From the NCBI GenBank assembly GCA_030704615.1, contig CM060731.1, positions 53,382,001 to 53,446,000 of the forward strand: DNA of 64,000 nt. The letters run 5' to 3'. Position 1 is the first letter of the stretch. Each line of letters starts with the position of its first letter. The position numbers were made by a program, and so were the translations under genes. Under the pieces are notes generated by a model. It saw only the letters and a program-made list of their open reading frames with translations, searched no databases and was not told the origin of the DNA. Shown here piece after piece: positions 63,159 to 64,000 of the stretch. This DNA is from Takakia lepidozioides (taxonomy: Eukaryota; Plantae; Bryophyta).

Positions 63159-64000
63159 TGTTATTTTTTTCTTACTCCCAAGGCATAACAATAAAGGAGG
63201 GTCGACTGTATACATATGTATGTCAACTTCCAACAATTAAGGGGATGCAATGTACATCGCTAGAATTAATTGGTCCTATAAGGGCACTCGTTGTGTCAGG
63301 GTAGTGATCGGTGTACAATAGGGTTCACTGAGATTTATGGTCCGAGGCGAGGAAAACTTGACGTGTGTTAAATATTCACAGATGTAACGAGACAAGGCTA
63401 GTGCAGCTTCTTTACTTGCTTGCTTTTACGGTACCTTGGGAAATGCGACTGCATCTGCACCACACATTCTGAATCTCGTATTACTTGGAACGATGCCCTC
63501 CCTGGCAGGAGCTCTCTTAGTACTAGATGCTCACCGGGGAAGGAGAAGAACTAGAGGTCAACTGGAGACATAGACGTAGCTCTAGAAAAGGAAAGTTTAA
63601 AGCGCACTTATCTTTGAGCCCTCTAAAGGAAGAGTGAATATGATGCAAATTATGAGCTTTTCTACTCCTTTTCTATAGCTGGAGGTTCAGGTTCCTTTCC
63701 GTTTGCAGAAAGTTCTGGGGACATTATTAGGGGGTGAGACAGATGGGTAGGACCAGGACCTAGTAGATACAAGATCCAAGTCAGAAATTCAGAAAGCTGT
63801 CTCAGCGGCTATGTTGTGGGAAGCTTCCCGGAGAGGACATTGCTTTGTATCAGGCAAAAAAGAAGCAGTTTAGGGTCTCTGATGTCAAGCAGGAGCAGGC
63901 AGGGACAGTGACAGTCATCTCATGGAAGATTGAGAAGCCCCTCTCACCACCGCAAGGTTTCAAGTGGTCAGCTTCTCTGCCCCCGTGGGATAGAAGTACC

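Larger units (their letters stand above)
40367..63208. mobile_element. TA-flanked MITE related to 8467-9002, expanded by nested insertions
   Basis: TA|cagtcgaccct ... agggtcgactg|TA. Shares ggctctgtaaa and aggcataacaat subterminal motifs with the 8467 MITE. Confidence 0.65.

Overview
Eukaryotic nuclear DNA, most likely from a non-seed land plant. This is inferred from TTTAGGG repeats, PLS-type PPR and OSB PDF-motif fragments, and a spliced organelle-type topoisomerase IA. The single clear host gene is a multi-exon bacterial-type DNA topoisomerase IA (about 24391-38852, +) with three LINE fragments in its introns; almost everything else is transposon-derived. The standout is an 11.9 kb Ty3/Gypsy retrotransposon (10328-22220, 4-bp TSD ACCT) that combines five unusual traits. 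(1) A DNMT3-like C5 cytosine methyltransferase sits inside the Pol polyprotein between protease and RT. (2) A PHD finger follows the integrase where chromoviruses have a chromodomain. (3) The termini are split direct repeats (A...B-A-B), matching a two-LTR circle opened at an internal palindrome, GACA-GC-TGTC. (4) The PBS is complementary to the element's own LTR rather than to a tRNA, suggesting self-priming. (5) A 3.6 kb leader carries a GIY-YIG (GRXS16-like) fragment and an intact orphan ORF. The right third of the window is a triple nest: a TA-flanked MITE containing a Ulp1-carrying MULE-like element, which in turn contains a CACTA element with an FCP1/NIF-like domain. All domain calls come from motif recognition by eye; no database searches were run.
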